From assembly GCA_041665545.1 (NCBI GenBank), contig JBAYIQ010000004.1:18132-82131 (forward strand): 64,000 nt of DNA, read 5' to 3'. The position numbers and the translations under genes are program-made. Under the pieces are notes generated by a model. It was given only the letters and a program-made list of their open reading frames with translations, did not search any database and was not told where the DNA came from. Below are positions 27,853 to 37,875 of the stretch, piece after piece. This stretch comes from Patescibacteria group bacterium. GTDB taxonomy: Bacteria > Patescibacteriota > Patescibacteriia > UBA1558 > GWA2-36-10. Within the stretch, counting starts at the first letter, position 1. Each line of letters starts with the position of its first letter.

Positions 27853-30084
27853 ATGTCTAGAAAAAACAAGCGAAAGCAGGAGGAAAAATTGAACCAAGAT
27901 CTGGCCGCGGGCTTTAGTATGTCGCCAGATACCAAGGGCGCCATAATTACTATTGTGGTATTTTTGGTGGCTTTTTTGTCCATCTTGTCATTTTTTAATT
28001 TAGCCGGACCATTTGGCCGAGCGCTAAATTATGGTCTGGGGTTTTTATTTGGTTGGGCCGATTGGTTGTTTATTATCATTCTATTGTTAGTTGGTTATTT
28101 TCTTTTGCGTAGCCAAAGCCATCGCCTGAAGTTTGTAACCTACTTAGGTTTATTTTTATTGATATTGGCTCTCACTGGTTTACTTAATTTTCTGGTGCCA
28201 GATTATACCTTTTCTGAAATCAGCAAAACTGGGATTGGCGGCGGTTCTTTGGGCTTTGGGGTTGCTTATCTTTTTTCTACTTTTTTAGGTTTTTGGGGGT
28301 CGTTGGCAGTCTTGGTGGCCATGATGATTATTGGTTTGTTTATTAGTTTCAATACCTCATTCAAGGATATTAGCGCCAGAGCCAGATCCTTTGGTTTGTT
28401 GAAAGAAAAAATAATTCCCCCCACTCCTCAAGAAGAGGAAGACGAGGAAGAATTTGTGCCCGAAGAAATATTGAACACAGAAAAAGAAGCGTCTCTTGAG
28501 CCCGAAGAAATAATTAGAGCTGATAGTGGTGGCGAGACAAACGTTGAACCAAATGAGCCCAGTCGTAGGCCTAGGAAAAAGATTGTGATACCCATGGACC
28601 TACTGACCAGGTCAAATACCAAACCAGACTCCGGAGACATCGACGCTAACACTCAAAAAATAAAAAAAACATTTGAGAATTTTGGTATTGAAGTCACTAT
28701 GGGCGAAGTCAATGTTGGTCCAACCGTCACTCAATATACTTTGCGCCCAGCTGAGGGGGTGCGCTTGGCTCAAGTTTTGACCTTACAAAATGATTTGGCC
28801 TTGGCTTTGGCCGCGCATCCTATCAGAATGGAAGCCCCTATCCCCGGAAAATCTTTGGTGGGCATAGAGGTACCAAACCAGAGTATTTCTATAGTTAAGG
28901 TTAGAGATGTGTTGGAAAGTCCAGCCTACACTAGGCGCAAGAGCAACCTGAGCATTGTCTTGGGTAAGGATGTTTCTGGTACAGCCGTAATGGCTAATTT
29001 GGCTAGCATGCCCCATCTTTTGATAGCTGGTTCCACTGGCTCAGGAAAATCTATTTGCATCAACAGCATTATTTTGAGTTTGATGTATCAAAACTCACCC
29101 GATGATTTGCGTTTTATTTTGATTGATCCCAAGCGAGTGGAGCTTTCAATTTACAATGACATTATTTATTTGGAGTCGCCAGTTATTACTGATACTGATA
29201 AAATTATTAATGCTTTGCGTTTTGTGGTTAATGAAATGCATGAGCGTTATAAATTATTACAGGCGGCCAACAAAAAAAATATTGACTCTTATAACAAAGC
29301 AGTGATCGTCAATCGTTTGCCATATTACGTGGTAATAGTTGATGAATTTGCCGCTCTGATGTCACTGGCCTCCAAAGAAGTAGAGGCAGCCGTAGTCAGT
29401 CTGGCTCAATTAGGTCGAGCCGCTGGTATTCATTTAATTTTGGCCACCCAGCGTCCTTCGGTTGATGTTATTACCGGCTTAATTAAGGCCAACATCACTT
29501 CACGCATTGCTTTTGCGGTGGCCTCGGCCATGGATTCGCGAACCATCTTAGACTCATCGGGTGCTGACAAATTACTTGGCAAGGGAGACATGTTGTTCAT
29601 GACTTCGGATTCATCAAAATTAAAACGCATCCAAGGCGCTTATGTTACTGATGAGGAAATTTCTGATGTGGTGGCCTTCTTAAAAGAACAGGGCGAGCCA
29701 CAATACAATCCCAAAGTTACTGAGCACCAAGGCGGAGCAACTATTGTTGGTGGGGGATACAACAACCAAGACGACACTCTTTCCCAAGAAGCCAAGGAAG
29801 TAGTAATCAGGGCTGGCAAGGCCTCGGCCACTCTATTACAGCGTCGTTTGAGAGTCGGCTATGCACGAGCCGCTAGGTTGCTAGATATTTTGGAAGAAAT
29901 GGGAGTGGTGGGTCCGGCTGATGGCTCCAAGGCCAGAGACGTTTTGATCAAACAAAGTGATTTGGAAGAAAATTTTTCATCGGCCTTGGACGAAGAAGTG
30001 GTGGCCGATGATGAAATAAGTGAAGATGAAAAAGAGGATGGCGGAGAAGATTATTTGGCCAGCCAAGATCATAAAAATTATTAA
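27853..30084 (+). CDS. ftsK: DNA translocase FtsK/SpoIIIE
   Basis: N-terminal TM helices, a long acidic linker, the motor domain (Walker A GSTGSGKS, ILATQRPSVDVITG), and a C-terminal gamma winged-helix (LLQRRLRVGYARAARLLDILEEMGVVGP). Confidence 0.9.
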   Translation: MSRKNKRKQEEKLNQDLAAGFSMSPDTKGAIITIVVFLVAFLSILSFFNLAGPFGRALNYGLGFLFGWADWLFIIILLLVGYFLLRSQSHRLKFVTYLGLFLLILALTGLLNFLVPDYTFSEISKTGIGGGSLGFGVAYLFSTFLGFWGSLAVLVAMMIIGLFISFNTSFKDISARARSFGLLKEKIIPPTPQEEEDEEEFVPEEILNTEKEASLEPEEIIRADSGGETNVEPNEPSRRPRKKIVIPMDLLTRSNTKPDSGDIDANTQKIKKTFENFGIEVTMGEVNVGPTVTQYTLRPAEGVRLAQVLTLQNDLALALAAHPIRMEAPIPGKSLVGIEVPNQSISIVKVRDVLESPAYTRRKSNLSIVLGKDVSGTAVMANLASMPHLLIAGSTGSGKSICINSIILSLMYQNSPDDLRFILIDPKRVELSIYNDIIYLESPVITDTDKIINALRFVVNEMHERYKLLQAANKKNIDSYNKAVIVNRLPYYVVIVDEFAALMSLASKEVEAAVVSLAQLGRAAGIHLILATQRPSVDVITGLIKANITSRIAFAVASAMDSRTILDSSGADKLLGKGDMLFMTSDSSKLKRIQGAYVTDEEISDVVAFLKEQGEPQYNPKVTEHQGGATIVGGGYNNQDDTLSQEAKEVVIRAGKASATLLQRRLRVGYARAARLLDILEEMGVVGPADGSKARDVLIKQSDLEENFSSALDEEVVADDEISEDEKEDGGEDYLASQDHKNY

Positions 30085-30087
30085 GCC

Positions 30088-30765
30088 ATGTCAAACTTTG
30101 AACGCAAAGAACTTCGGCGCACACACACCATGGCTGACAAGCTAAAAAATTTGCGGCTAAACAAGGAAATCACCGTAGAAGCTTTAGCCAAAAAAATAAA
30201 CATTCCGACTAAATATATTGTCAGTTTGGAAAATGGTCAGCACGATAATTTGCCGGGAGATATTTATGTGCGCGCTTGGCTAAAAAAAATAGCTAGTTTT
30301 TATGAAGTTGATGCTAATGGTTTGCTAGTGGACTATCATTTAGAAAAAAAGATAAATCACAAGATCAACAAAGACATAAAAACAGAAAACAAGAAGGCGG
30401 TCAAAAGCAGTCGATTTTTAAGGCCAAGAACTTTGCGTTGGTTAGTAGTCGGAGGAGTAGTTTTATCTTTGTTAGTCTATTTGGCTTTTGAAATAGTTAA
30501 TATTATTTTTCCACCATATTTAAACATCACTCAACCCAGTAACAATTTCAGAACCAAAGAAGCCAGCGTAGAAATAATCGGTCAAACAAAAAAAGAGGCC
30601 CAATTAATGATCAATGGAGAGTTGATAGCCCTAGATCAAGAAGGAAAGTTCAAAAAAGCGGTTAATTTGACGATTGGCTTGAATAATTTACAGATTAGTG
30701 CTAAAAAGAAGCATAGTCGAACCAAATATTTAGAATTATTAATTTTAAGAGAATCATTAGAATAA
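30088..30765 (+). CDS. rodZ: RodZ-like cytoskeleton-associated protein (N-terminal XRE-type HTH, single TM)
   Basis: LRLNKEITVEALAKKINIPTKYIVSLENGQHDNLPGDIYVRAWLKKIASFYEVDANGLL matches the RodZ HTH_25 region. The TM segment is LRWLVVGGVVLSLLVYLAFEI. Confidence 0.6.
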   Translation: MSNFERKELRRTHTMADKLKNLRLNKEITVEALAKKINIPTKYIVSLENGQHDNLPGDIYVRAWLKKIASFYEVDANGLLVDYHLEKKINHKINKDIKTENKKAVKSSRFLRPRTLRWLVVGGVVLSLLVYLAFEIVNIIFPPYLNITQPSNNFRTKEASVEIIGQTKKEAQLMINGELIALDQEGKFKKAVNLTIGLNNLQISAKKKHSRTKYLELLILRESLE

Positions 30766-30814
30766 TTAATAGCAAGCTTTCGCAGGCAGGTTTGCAGAAA
30801 GGAGCTATTTGTAT

Positions 30815-31840
30815 ATGGCGCAAGAGAAAGAGAAAAAAGTAAAGAATAACTTTGATCAGGCCACCAAGACGGCTATTGATCAGATACGGGAGCGTTTTGG
30901 TGAGGGCGCGATCATGAGTTTGGGTGATGCTAAAGCCATGAATGTTGACACCATTAGCACGGGTTGTTTGTCTTTGGATTTGGCCTTGGGTGTAGGTGGT
31001 GTGCCAAAGGGTAGGATTATTGAAATATATGGTCCAGAGGCCTCAGGTAAGACCACCTTAGCCCAACACATTGTGTCTGAAGCCCAAAAAGCTGGCATAG
31101 TAGCCGCCTTTATTGACGCTGAACATGCCCTAGACCCAGATTACGCTAAGCGCATTGGAGTAAATGTCAACGAGTTGTTGATTTCCCAGCCCGATACTGG
31201 TGAGCAGGCCTTGGAAATAGTAGAGGCCCTGGTCAGATCCGGAGGCGTAGGGGTCATTGTGGTTGACTCAGTGGCTGCTCTAGTGCCTAAGGCAGAGATA
31301 GAGGGTGAGATGGGCGCCCAACACATGGGTTTGCAAGCCAGATTGATGAGCCAGGCTTTGCGTAAATTAGCCGGCATAGTTAGCAAGAGCAATACTTTGG
31401 TAATTTTTATCAATCAAATTAGGATGAAAATTGGAGTATTTTTTGGCAACCCCGAAACCACTACCGGCGGTAATGCTTTAAAATTTTATTCTTCAGTCAG
31501 GATAGAAGTCAGGCGTTCGGCTCAAATCAAGCAGGGTGAGAAGATTATTGGCAATCAAGTCAAGGCCAAGGTAGTAAAAAATAAAGTAGCCGCTCCATTT
31601 AAGGCCTGTACTTTTGACATCATGTATAATGAGGGTATTTCTGTAGCTGGCGATGTCTTGGATATGGGCTTGGAATATCACATTATTAATAAGAGTGGCA
31701 ATTCTTATTCTTACGGGGAGACCAAGCTAGGAGTCGGTCGTGAAAATGCTAAGAGCTACTTGAAAGAAAATCCCGATTTGATGGCCACTATAAAAAAAGA
31801 AGTTTGGAAAGTGCATAAGGCCGCAGAAACAGAAGTTTAA
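30815..31840 (+). CDS. recA: Recombinase RecA
   Basis: Walker [10 protein letters not shown], with the L1 and L2 loops and other conserved blocks ([42 protein letters not shown]). The ORF track starts at 30809 (MYMAQ); MAQEKEK is the more likely start. Confidence 0.95.
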   Translation: MAQEKEKKVKNNFDQATKTAIDQIRERFGEGAIMSLGDAKAMNVDTISTGCLSLDLALGVGGVPKGRIIEIYGPEASGKTTLAQHIVSEAQKAGIVAAFIDAEHALDPDYAKRIGVNVNELLISQPDTGEQALEIVEALVRSGGVGVIVVDSVAALVPKAEIEGEMGAQHMGLQARLMSQALRKLAGIVSKSNTLVIFINQIRMKIGVFFGNPETTTGGNALKFYSSVRIEVRRSAQIKQGEKIIGNQVKAKVVKNKVAAPFKACTFDIMYNEGISVAGDVLDMGLEYHIINKSGNSYSYGETKLGVGRENAKSYLKENPDLMATIKKEVWKVHKAAETEV

Positions 31841-31867
31841 ATTTTTTTACAAAACATTCCCGCCGTA

Positions 31868-31915
31868 GTTGATCGTGCTTGACGCGATGACGCGGCGGGT
31901 TTGTTTTATTCGCGA
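31868..31915 (+). terminator. Rho-independent terminator after recA
   Basis: CCCGCCG...CGCGGCGGG is a long GC stem, followed by TTTGTTTTATT. Confidence 0.6.
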
Positions 31916-31935
31916 CAAATTAGTATAATAGACTC

Positions 31936-33357
31936 ATGTCTGTAATGAGTAAAATATTTACCAATACTATTTGGCAGATAGTAATAAGGTTTTTTGATGT
32001 TATTGTTGGGGTTGTAAACATCGGCATAATTACCCGTGTTTTGGGTCAAACACAATTTGGATTTTATACCACAATTTTTGTGTTCTTGCAGACAGTAATG
32101 ACCATAGGCGATTTTGGCCTGTATTTGACCCTATTGAACGAAGTGTCGGCTACTCAAGACAAAAAAGAGGAGAAAAAAAGGATTGATAATATTTTTACCA
32201 TTCGCTTGGTTTCATCGCTGATAATTTTTGCTCTAGCGCCACTGTTGATAAAATTTTTCCCCTACGATCAAGCAGTAAAGGTCGGGGTTATTTTTTTGGC
32301 CGGCGCATTTTTTTGGCAAAGCTTGGTTTCTACTTTGACAGCGGTGTTTGCCAAATATTTGGACATGGCCAAGGCAACGCTAGTTTATCTGATTGCAAGA
32401 TTGGTTTATTTGTGGCCCCTCATATATATTTATCAACACAGCGGTACCTTAAATCAAGTACTTTTTTGGAATACACTTAGCACCGCCGTTGGTTTTTTTG
32501 CTTTATTGATTTTTATACAAAAGCACCAGCGCTTAGGGATGGGCTGGAATTTTGCCTATTGGAAAAAAGTTTTTAAAATTGCTTGGCCATTGTCTTTGGG
32601 TGTAGTACTTAATCTGGTTTATTTCAAGGCCGACACTCTTATTTTGTCGGCCTATCATTCAGCGGAAAAAGTCGGTCTCTATGGCGCGGCCTACAAAGTA
32701 TTGGAGGTTTTGGTGACCTTCCCACACATGTTTATGGGTTTGATTTTACCCCTTTTTGTAGCCTCTTGGGTGAAAAAAGATTTTGAAAAGTTGAGAGTAA
32801 TTCAACAGAGTACTTTTAACTTTTTTTCTATCATCAATATTTGGATGATTTTGATTGTTTGGTTGATGAGCAGAAAAATAATGTTGTTAATCACTGGACC
32901 AGAGTTTGTCCAGTCAGCGCCGATTCTAAATATTTTGGTTTTGGCTGTGGTGGCCATATTTTTTGGCACCATGTTCACCTACTTAGTCGTGGCCATGGGT
33001 TTGCAGAAAAAAATGCTTAAATTTTATTTTTTGACAGCTGTTTTTGGTCTGACCGCTTATTTTTTATTTATTCCCGAATATGGCTATTGGGCCGCGGCTA
33101 TTATTACGGTGCTAGCCGAAGTTTTTGTTTGGGTAGCCGCTTACTTTTTGGTCAAAAAAAGTGCCAATTTTAGCTTAAAAACAGGAATTATGTGGCGTTC
33201 TGTGCTGGCGGCGATATTAAGTTTTGTTTTGTTTTGGCCACTGCGTGGTTGGCCAGTTATATTTTTGGGACTTGGCGTTTCAGTCTTTTATTTCTTGATG
33301 CTTTTTGTTTTGCGGGCCATCAAAAAAGATGAGCTAAAAATTATATTAAATAAGTAA
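31936..33357 (+). CDS. Polysaccharide-biosynthesis or flippase family membrane protein (Wzx/MurJ-like MOP superfamily)
   Basis: A 473 aa polytopic protein (about 12-14 TM). The N-terminus (IWQIVIRFFDVIVGVVNIGIITRVLGQTQFGFY) and overall pattern are typical of Wzx-type oligosaccharide flippases. Confidence 0.5.
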   Translation: MSVMSKIFTNTIWQIVIRFFDVIVGVVNIGIITRVLGQTQFGFYTTIFVFLQTVMTIGDFGLYLTLLNEVSATQDKKEEKKRIDNIFTIRLVSSLIIFALAPLLIKFFPYDQAVKVGVIFLAGAFFWQSLVSTLTAVFAKYLDMAKATLVYLIARLVYLWPLIYIYQHSGTLNQVLFWNTLSTAVGFFALLIFIQKHQRLGMGWNFAYWKKVFKIAWPLSLGVVLNLVYFKADTLILSAYHSAEKVGLYGAAYKVLEVLVTFPHMFMGLILPLFVASWVKKDFEKLRVIQQSTFNFFSIINIWMILIVWLMSRKIMLLITGPEFVQSAPILNILVLAVVAIFFGTMFTYLVVAMGLQKKMLKFYFLTAVFGLTAYFLFIPEYGYWAAAIITVLAEVFVWVAAYFLVKKSANFSLKTGIMWRSVLAAILSFVLFWPLRGWPVIFLGLGVSVFYFLMLFVLRAIKKDELKIILNK

Positions 33358-33358
33358 A

Positions 33359-34648
33359 ATGTTGAATTTATTTTTTATTTTAATCGCTGGATTTATCTTC
33401 GCTTACGTCGCTAAAAAAAATATTTTGTGGGGCCTGTCATTAATTATTATTTTTTTGCCAAGTTATCTTTGGCGTTTCCAGATATTGTCCTTGCCCTCAA
33501 CTTTTTTAGAGCTGATGATTTTGATATTATTTTTTATTTGGCTGATTTATTCTAAGCCCTATAAAAAAGAATTTTGGTTGGCACAAAAAATAGAAAAAAA
33601 ATGGTTTTATTTATCAATACTTTGGCTAATAGTTAGCTTTGTAGCTTGGCTGTATAATCCAACCATAAAATCTTTGGGTCTTTGGCGCGCTTATTTCTTG
33701 GAGCCGTTGTTATTTTTTGCGGTGCTTATCACCAGCTTGAAAAATGCCAAAGATTACCAGATAATAATAAAATCAACAGCCATTTTAATTTTCTGGTTGG
33801 CTATTTTTGCTATCATCCAAAATTTTACCGGCGCTAATTTACCAGCAGCCTTCGATTTCCCGAAAACCAAGAGATTAACCAGTGTCTTTTTGTATCCCAA
33901 CTCTTTGAGCCTGTTGACGGCCGGTATTAGCGGATTTTTGGTGGCCTATTATATTTATGTTCAGCGGAGGTGGGAATATTTAGCTATTGGGATCTTAGGA
34001 ATTTTTTTATCTTGGTGGGCAGTGAGCCAAGGGGCTCTAATGGCAATATTTTTCGCTTTTATTTTATTTGGGGCAGTGAAATTATATAAAAGATTAAAAA
34101 ATAAAAAACAAAAATATTTATTTTTTTTAATAATCATTTCTTTGCTGTTAATATTTTTTAATAGTCGCTTATGGACTGATGTTAATCAACAGCTTTTTCA
34201 TCCAACTCTTGATTTGCAGGCTACTTCATTAGAAATACGCAGTAGCCAGTGGCAAGAAACTTATGTTTTGCTTAAAGACAATTGGTTTAAGGGCGCAGGA
34301 CTCAATGCTTATCAAATCAAATTTATACCGTATCACAAAATAGCTTGGTTAGAAATATTTTTATATCCACATGATATATTTTTAAATTTTTGGGTTGAGT
34401 TGGGACTCCTTGGCTTGTTGACTTTTTTACTTATTTTGTATTTTATTGGTCAGGAAATAAAAAAATTGTTTTTTGAAAAAAATAATTTAGCTTGGCCACT
34501 GCTTATTTTCTGGCTTATCTGGCTGATTCAGGGTTTAGTAGATGCACCTTATTTTAAAAACGATTTGAGTTTATTGTTTTTTATATTTTTGGCTCTGACC
34601 ACGCAAGCTAGAAACATAAAAACAATTTACAAGGAAGCTGAATTTTAG
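33359..34648 (+). CDS. O-antigen ligase / O-oligosaccharyltransferase family (Wzy_C, WaaL/PglL-like) membrane protein
   Basis: A polytopic protein with a periplasmic-loop region resembling the Wzy_C domain (AYYIYVQRRWEYLAIGILGIFLSWWAVSQGALMAIFFAFILFGA). It is translationally coupled to the upstream flippase gene. Confidence 0.45.
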   Translation: MLNLFFILIAGFIFAYVAKKNILWGLSLIIIFLPSYLWRFQILSLPSTFLELMILILFFIWLIYSKPYKKEFWLAQKIEKKWFYLSILWLIVSFVAWLYNPTIKSLGLWRAYFLEPLLFFAVLITSLKNAKDYQIIIKSTAILIFWLAIFAIIQNFTGANLPAAFDFPKTKRLTSVFLYPNSLSLLTAGISGFLVAYYIYVQRRWEYLAIGILGIFLSWWAVSQGALMAIFFAFILFGAVKLYKRLKNKKQKYLFFLIIISLLLIFFNSRLWTDVNQQLFHPTLDLQATSLEIRSSQWQETYVLLKDNWFKGAGLNAYQIKFIPYHKIAWLEIFLYPHDIFLNFWVELGLLGLLTFLLILYFIGQEIKKLFFEKNNLAWPLLIFWLIWLIQGLVDAPYFKNDLSLLFFIFLALTTQARNIKTIYKEAEF

Positions 34649-34665
34649 TATAATATACACATGTA

Positions 34666-34745
34666 CCCCGTTAGAAATTCACGGGGATTAAATAATTGCC
34701 AAGCAAGTAGTATATTAGCTTATTATAATGATGATTTCTAACGGG
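34666..34745. repeat. Inverted-repeat element of the CCCGTTAGAAATT family (copy E2), ending at the galU start
   Basis: CCCCGTTAGAAATT at 34666-34679 is itself a local hairpin (CCCCG-TTAGAAATTCA-CGGGG). Its partner ATTTCTAACGGG at 34734-34745 is followed immediately by GTGAAAAAGAT. The 25-mer ATTTCTAACGGG[G/A]TGAAAAAGAT is nearly identical to the one at 46615-46639. Confidence 0.5.
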
Positions 34746-35612
34746 GTGAAAAAGATTAGGAAGGCAGTAATTCCGGTGGCGGGATTTGGCACTAGATTTT
34801 TACCAGCCACCAAGGCTCAGCCCAAGGAAATGTTGACCGTGGTTGACAAGCCGATCATCCAATATATTGTGGAAGAAGCCGTGCAATCGGGCATTGAAGA
34901 GATAATTTTTGTTACTTCAGCTAATAAACGCGCTATTGAAGATCACTTTGATCGCAATTTCGAGCTAGAATACCGCTTGCGACAAAAAGGGAAAAAAACC
35001 GAGCTGGCCGAGATGCTGAAAATTTCGGACATGGCCAAATTTATTTATGTCCGCCAAAAAACACCAAAGGGCTTGGGGCATGCCGTACTGACTGCTCGAG
35101 AGCTGATCGGCGATGAGCCGTTTGTGGTGATTGCTGGTGATGACATTATTGACTCTAAGGTGCCGGCCATAAAACAACTAATGCGGGTTTATGAAAGGTA
35201 TGAAGATATAGTTTTGGGCGTCACCAAAGTAGATAAAAAAGAAACTTACAAATACGGCATTATTGATCCTATAAAAATTGACGAGCGCACAGTCGAGATA
35301 AGAAGGCTGGTCGAAAAACCCGCTTCCAACAAAGCGCCTTCTAACTTGGCAGTCACTGGTCGCTATATATTGACCCCAGAAATATTTGATTTTTTAGCCA
35401 AACAAAAGCCCGGTGCTGGTGGTGAAATACAATTGACTGACGCCATTGCCCGCTATATCAAAGAACGGGCTGGCTACGCCTGTCTTTATGAGGGAGATTA
35501 TTATGACTGTGGTAACAAACTAGAGTTTATGAAGGCCATTATAAATTTTGGTCTAAAAAGATCGGCCTTTAAGAAAGAGTTAAAAAAATATTTACGTCAA
35601 ATAGTAAATTAA
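34728..35612 (+). CDS. galU: UTP--glucose-1-phosphate uridylyltransferase
   Basis: KAVIPVAGFGTRFLPATKAQPKEMLTVVDKPIIQYIVEEA is the GalU N-terminal signature. An alternative in-frame GTG start at 34746 directly follows the repeat element. Confidence 0.85.
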   Translation: MMISNGVKKIRKAVIPVAGFGTRFLPATKAQPKEMLTVVDKPIIQYIVEEAVQSGIEEIIFVTSANKRAIEDHFDRNFELEYRLRQKGKKTELAEMLKISDMAKFIYVRQKTPKGLGHAVLTARELIGDEPFVVIAGDDIIDSKVPAIKQLMRVYERYEDIVLGVTKVDKKETYKYGIIDPIKIDERTVEIRRLVEKPASNKAPSNLAVTGRYILTPEIFDFLAKQKPGAGGEIQLTDAIARYIKERAGYACLYEGDYYDCGNKLEFMKAIINFGLKRSAFKKELKKYLRQIVN

Positions 35613-35613
35613 T

Positions 35614-36978
35614 ATGCGTGGCTACAAAATAATTACATTATTATTAATCGGGGTGTTTGTCATTACCTCTGGTTTTGGTTGCAAGGGTTTGGGCTGTTCT
35701 ACAGATAGCGCTAGTCAGCCCGTAGCCCTTACTTACTGGGGAGTTTGGGACAGTCCCACGCAAGTTTCTGGTTTGATTCAAGAATATCAGTCCAGTCACC
35801 CGACCGTAAAAGTCATCTACAAACAACTTCGCTATGAAGAGTACGAAAGAAAACTATTGGAAGCCTGGGCTGATGATAGAGGGCCAGATATTTTTGCCAT
35901 TCCAGCCAGCTGGCTCAATAAATATCAAAACCGCATCGTGCCCATGCCCAGTGTTGTCCAAATTCCAGTGCAGGAAATAAAAGGCACATTAAAAAAAGAA
36001 ACAGTCGTGACCGTACAAACAGTAAAAGGGCTTAAGGCCGATGAGGTTAAGGACCAATACGTTGATGTGGTCTACAACAACGTTGTTAAGAACAACCAAA
36101 TATATGCCCTACCCTATTCGCTAGACACGCTAGTCACTTTTTACAATGAAGATTTACTTGATCAGGCCAGCTTGCCAGAAAAAATTGTTACCTTCAATGA
36201 TCTAGTGGATCAGACTAGCCAGCTGACCAAAGTGACTACGGACAACAAAATAGTTCAATCAGGCGTGGCCTTGGGTACGGCTGACAACATACCAAGATTT
36301 TTTGACATAGTTTCTAGTTTGATGCTTCAAACCGAGGTCAATCTGAAAGGGACAAAATTTAATCCAAGTAGTGGAGAGCAATCAGCTGCTCGTTTTCAGG
36401 AGGCCATAAATTTTTATATTAGTTTTGCTCGTCCGGGCTTGGCTTCGTATTCTTGGGACAAAAGTCTGCCCAATGCTTTTGATATGTTTAGCTCTGGTAA
36501 ATTAGCTTATTTTTTTGGCTATAGCTATCACGCGGATGCTTTGCGTAAAGCGGGCGTGCCATTTGAGTGGGGTATTACCAATTTCCCACAAACCGAAGGG
36601 TCGCAAGGCACAAAATACTACGCTGATTACTGGGTCAATGTTGTAGCCAAAAAATCCAAGAATCAAGGCGTGGCTTGGAACTTTGTGCAAAATACAGCCA
36701 GCGCCCAAAATGTCAAAAAATATTTGGATCAAAATAAAAAACCAACTGCCTTGCGCTCTTTGATTACTGGTCAAAAAAATGATCCTGACATTGCCCCTTT
36801 TGCCAATCAGGTTTTGACAGCCGACAACTGGTACACTGGCTATGATTACCCCAAAGCCGAGGCGTACATGGCCGAGTTTATCAATGGACTAGCTGACAAC
36901 AAGATTGACATCAACAACCAAGCTGATTTGAAATTATTTATTGATAGAATAAATCAAACCTATCAACCCAATCAATGA
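35614..36978 (+). CDS. Secreted or lipoprotein-like protein resembling family 1 extracellular solute-binding proteins
   Basis: Signal peptide with Cys residues (ITSGFGCKGLGCS). LTYWGVWDSP...YEEYERKLLEAWADDRGPDIFAIPASW is typical of ABC sugar-binding proteins, but no permease or ATPase genes are adjacent. The stop overlaps the next ATG (ATGA). Confidence 0.45.
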   Translation: MRGYKIITLLLIGVFVITSGFGCKGLGCSTDSASQPVALTYWGVWDSPTQVSGLIQEYQSSHPTVKVIYKQLRYEEYERKLLEAWADDRGPDIFAIPASWLNKYQNRIVPMPSVVQIPVQEIKGTLKKETVVTVQTVKGLKADEVKDQYVDVVYNNVVKNNQIYALPYSLDTLVTFYNEDLLDQASLPEKIVTFNDLVDQTSQLTKVTTDNKIVQSGVALGTADNIPRFFDIVSSLMLQTEVNLKGTKFNPSSGEQSAARFQEAINFYISFARPGLASYSWDKSLPNAFDMFSSGKLAYFFGYSYHADALRKAGVPFEWGITNFPQTEGSQGTKYYADYWVNVVAKKSKNQGVAWNFVQNTASAQNVKKYLDQNKKPTALRSLITGQKNDPDIAPFANQVLTADNWYTGYDYPKAEAYMAEFINGLADNKIDINNQADLKLFIDRINQTYQPNQ

Positions 36979-37667
36979 AATACTTTAAAATAATAATTTT
37001 AGTAGCCGTTACTTTGCCCTTGCTAGCTTTTGCCCAAACAACACCACCAGGGTTTTTGGACACCTTGGGGGGAGATTGTATGAAAAACGGCGACTGTCAA
37101 CTAGCCGACGTAGCCACTGGTTTTATTTTGTTGACCAAGTTACTGCTCGGGGCTATGGGAGCCGTGGCTTTGCTGTATTTTGTAATTGGTGGCTTCCAGT
37201 GGATGACTTCCCAAGGCAACCAGGAAAGAGTGCGTAAGGGCCAGCAGACCATGACCAACACTGTTATTGCTTTGTGTATTGCCTTTACTAGTTATTTACT
37301 ATTGAACTTTTTTGTTAATGATATTTTGGGAGTAAAAAGTGATTACATGATTGGCGATGCTCCAACTCAGTGTGAAGGTAAGTCAGATGGGACGGCTTGT
37401 AATGTGGTTGCTGGTAGCACATATATAAACCCCTATGAATGTTTTTCGGGAGAGTGCGTCACTAAGTGTAAAGTAAAAGCCAACATGACCAGTTTGAATT
37501 GGCAGTGCTATACTGTGCCAAATCCAGAATTAATATCAACAGACACTACTTATTATGAAAGAAATTTGTGCCCCGGTGATGAATACACTGTTTGCACCTT
37601 GTTAAATGCCAGTGGAGAACCAGCTGATCCAGCTTATCAAGCGTTCCTACATCGTTTTGTTCCTTGA
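36975..37667 (+). CDS. TrbC/VirB2-like T4SS-pilin-family paralog 1, with Cys-rich C-terminal extension
   Basis: Signal peptide, then the conserved core GAMGAVALLYFVIGGFQWMTSQGNQERVRKGQQTMTNTVIALCIAFTSYLLLNFF (two TM helices around a GGFxWxTSxGN loop). A roughly 110 aa tail carries 10 Cys (QCEGKSDGTACN...ECFSGECVTKCK...WQCY...NLCPGDEYTVCTLL). Confidence 0.55.
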   Translation: MKYFKIIILVAVTLPLLAFAQTTPPGFLDTLGGDCMKNGDCQLADVATGFILLTKLLLGAMGAVALLYFVIGGFQWMTSQGNQERVRKGQQTMTNTVIALCIAFTSYLLLNFFVNDILGVKSDYMIGDAPTQCEGKSDGTACNVVAGSTYINPYECFSGECVTKCKVKANMTSLNWQCYTVPNPELISTDTTYYERNLCPGDEYTVCTLLNASGEPADPAYQAFLHRFVP

Positions 37668-37785
37668 TTATAAAATTATGCACATTCACTCCGTTAAATA
37701 AAATTTAAACACAGTTTAAATTTTAAATTTGCTACATGACCACATATAAATTATACGCCAATGAAAAATATAAAAAATAAATCTG

Positions 37786-37866
37786 TCATTGCGAGTCCCG
37801 TCGAGCTGAGCTCGACGGGATGTGGCAATCCCGATGAGATTGCTTCGCTCCGCTCGCAATGACAAT
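37786..37866. mobile_element. MITE-like palindromic element, family B
   Basis: An 81 bp element with perfect 12 bp terminal inverted repeats TGTCATTGCGAG / CTCGCAATGACA. It contains an 11 bp-stem hairpin TCCCGTCGAGC-TGA-GCTCGACGGGA. A related fragment (CCCCGTCGCG-TCAGA-CGCGACGGGG followed by CTCGCAATGAC) is at 7551-7583. It lies 10 bp upstream of the pilin paralog 2 start. Confidence 0.5.
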
Positions 37867-37875
37867 CATAAATAT

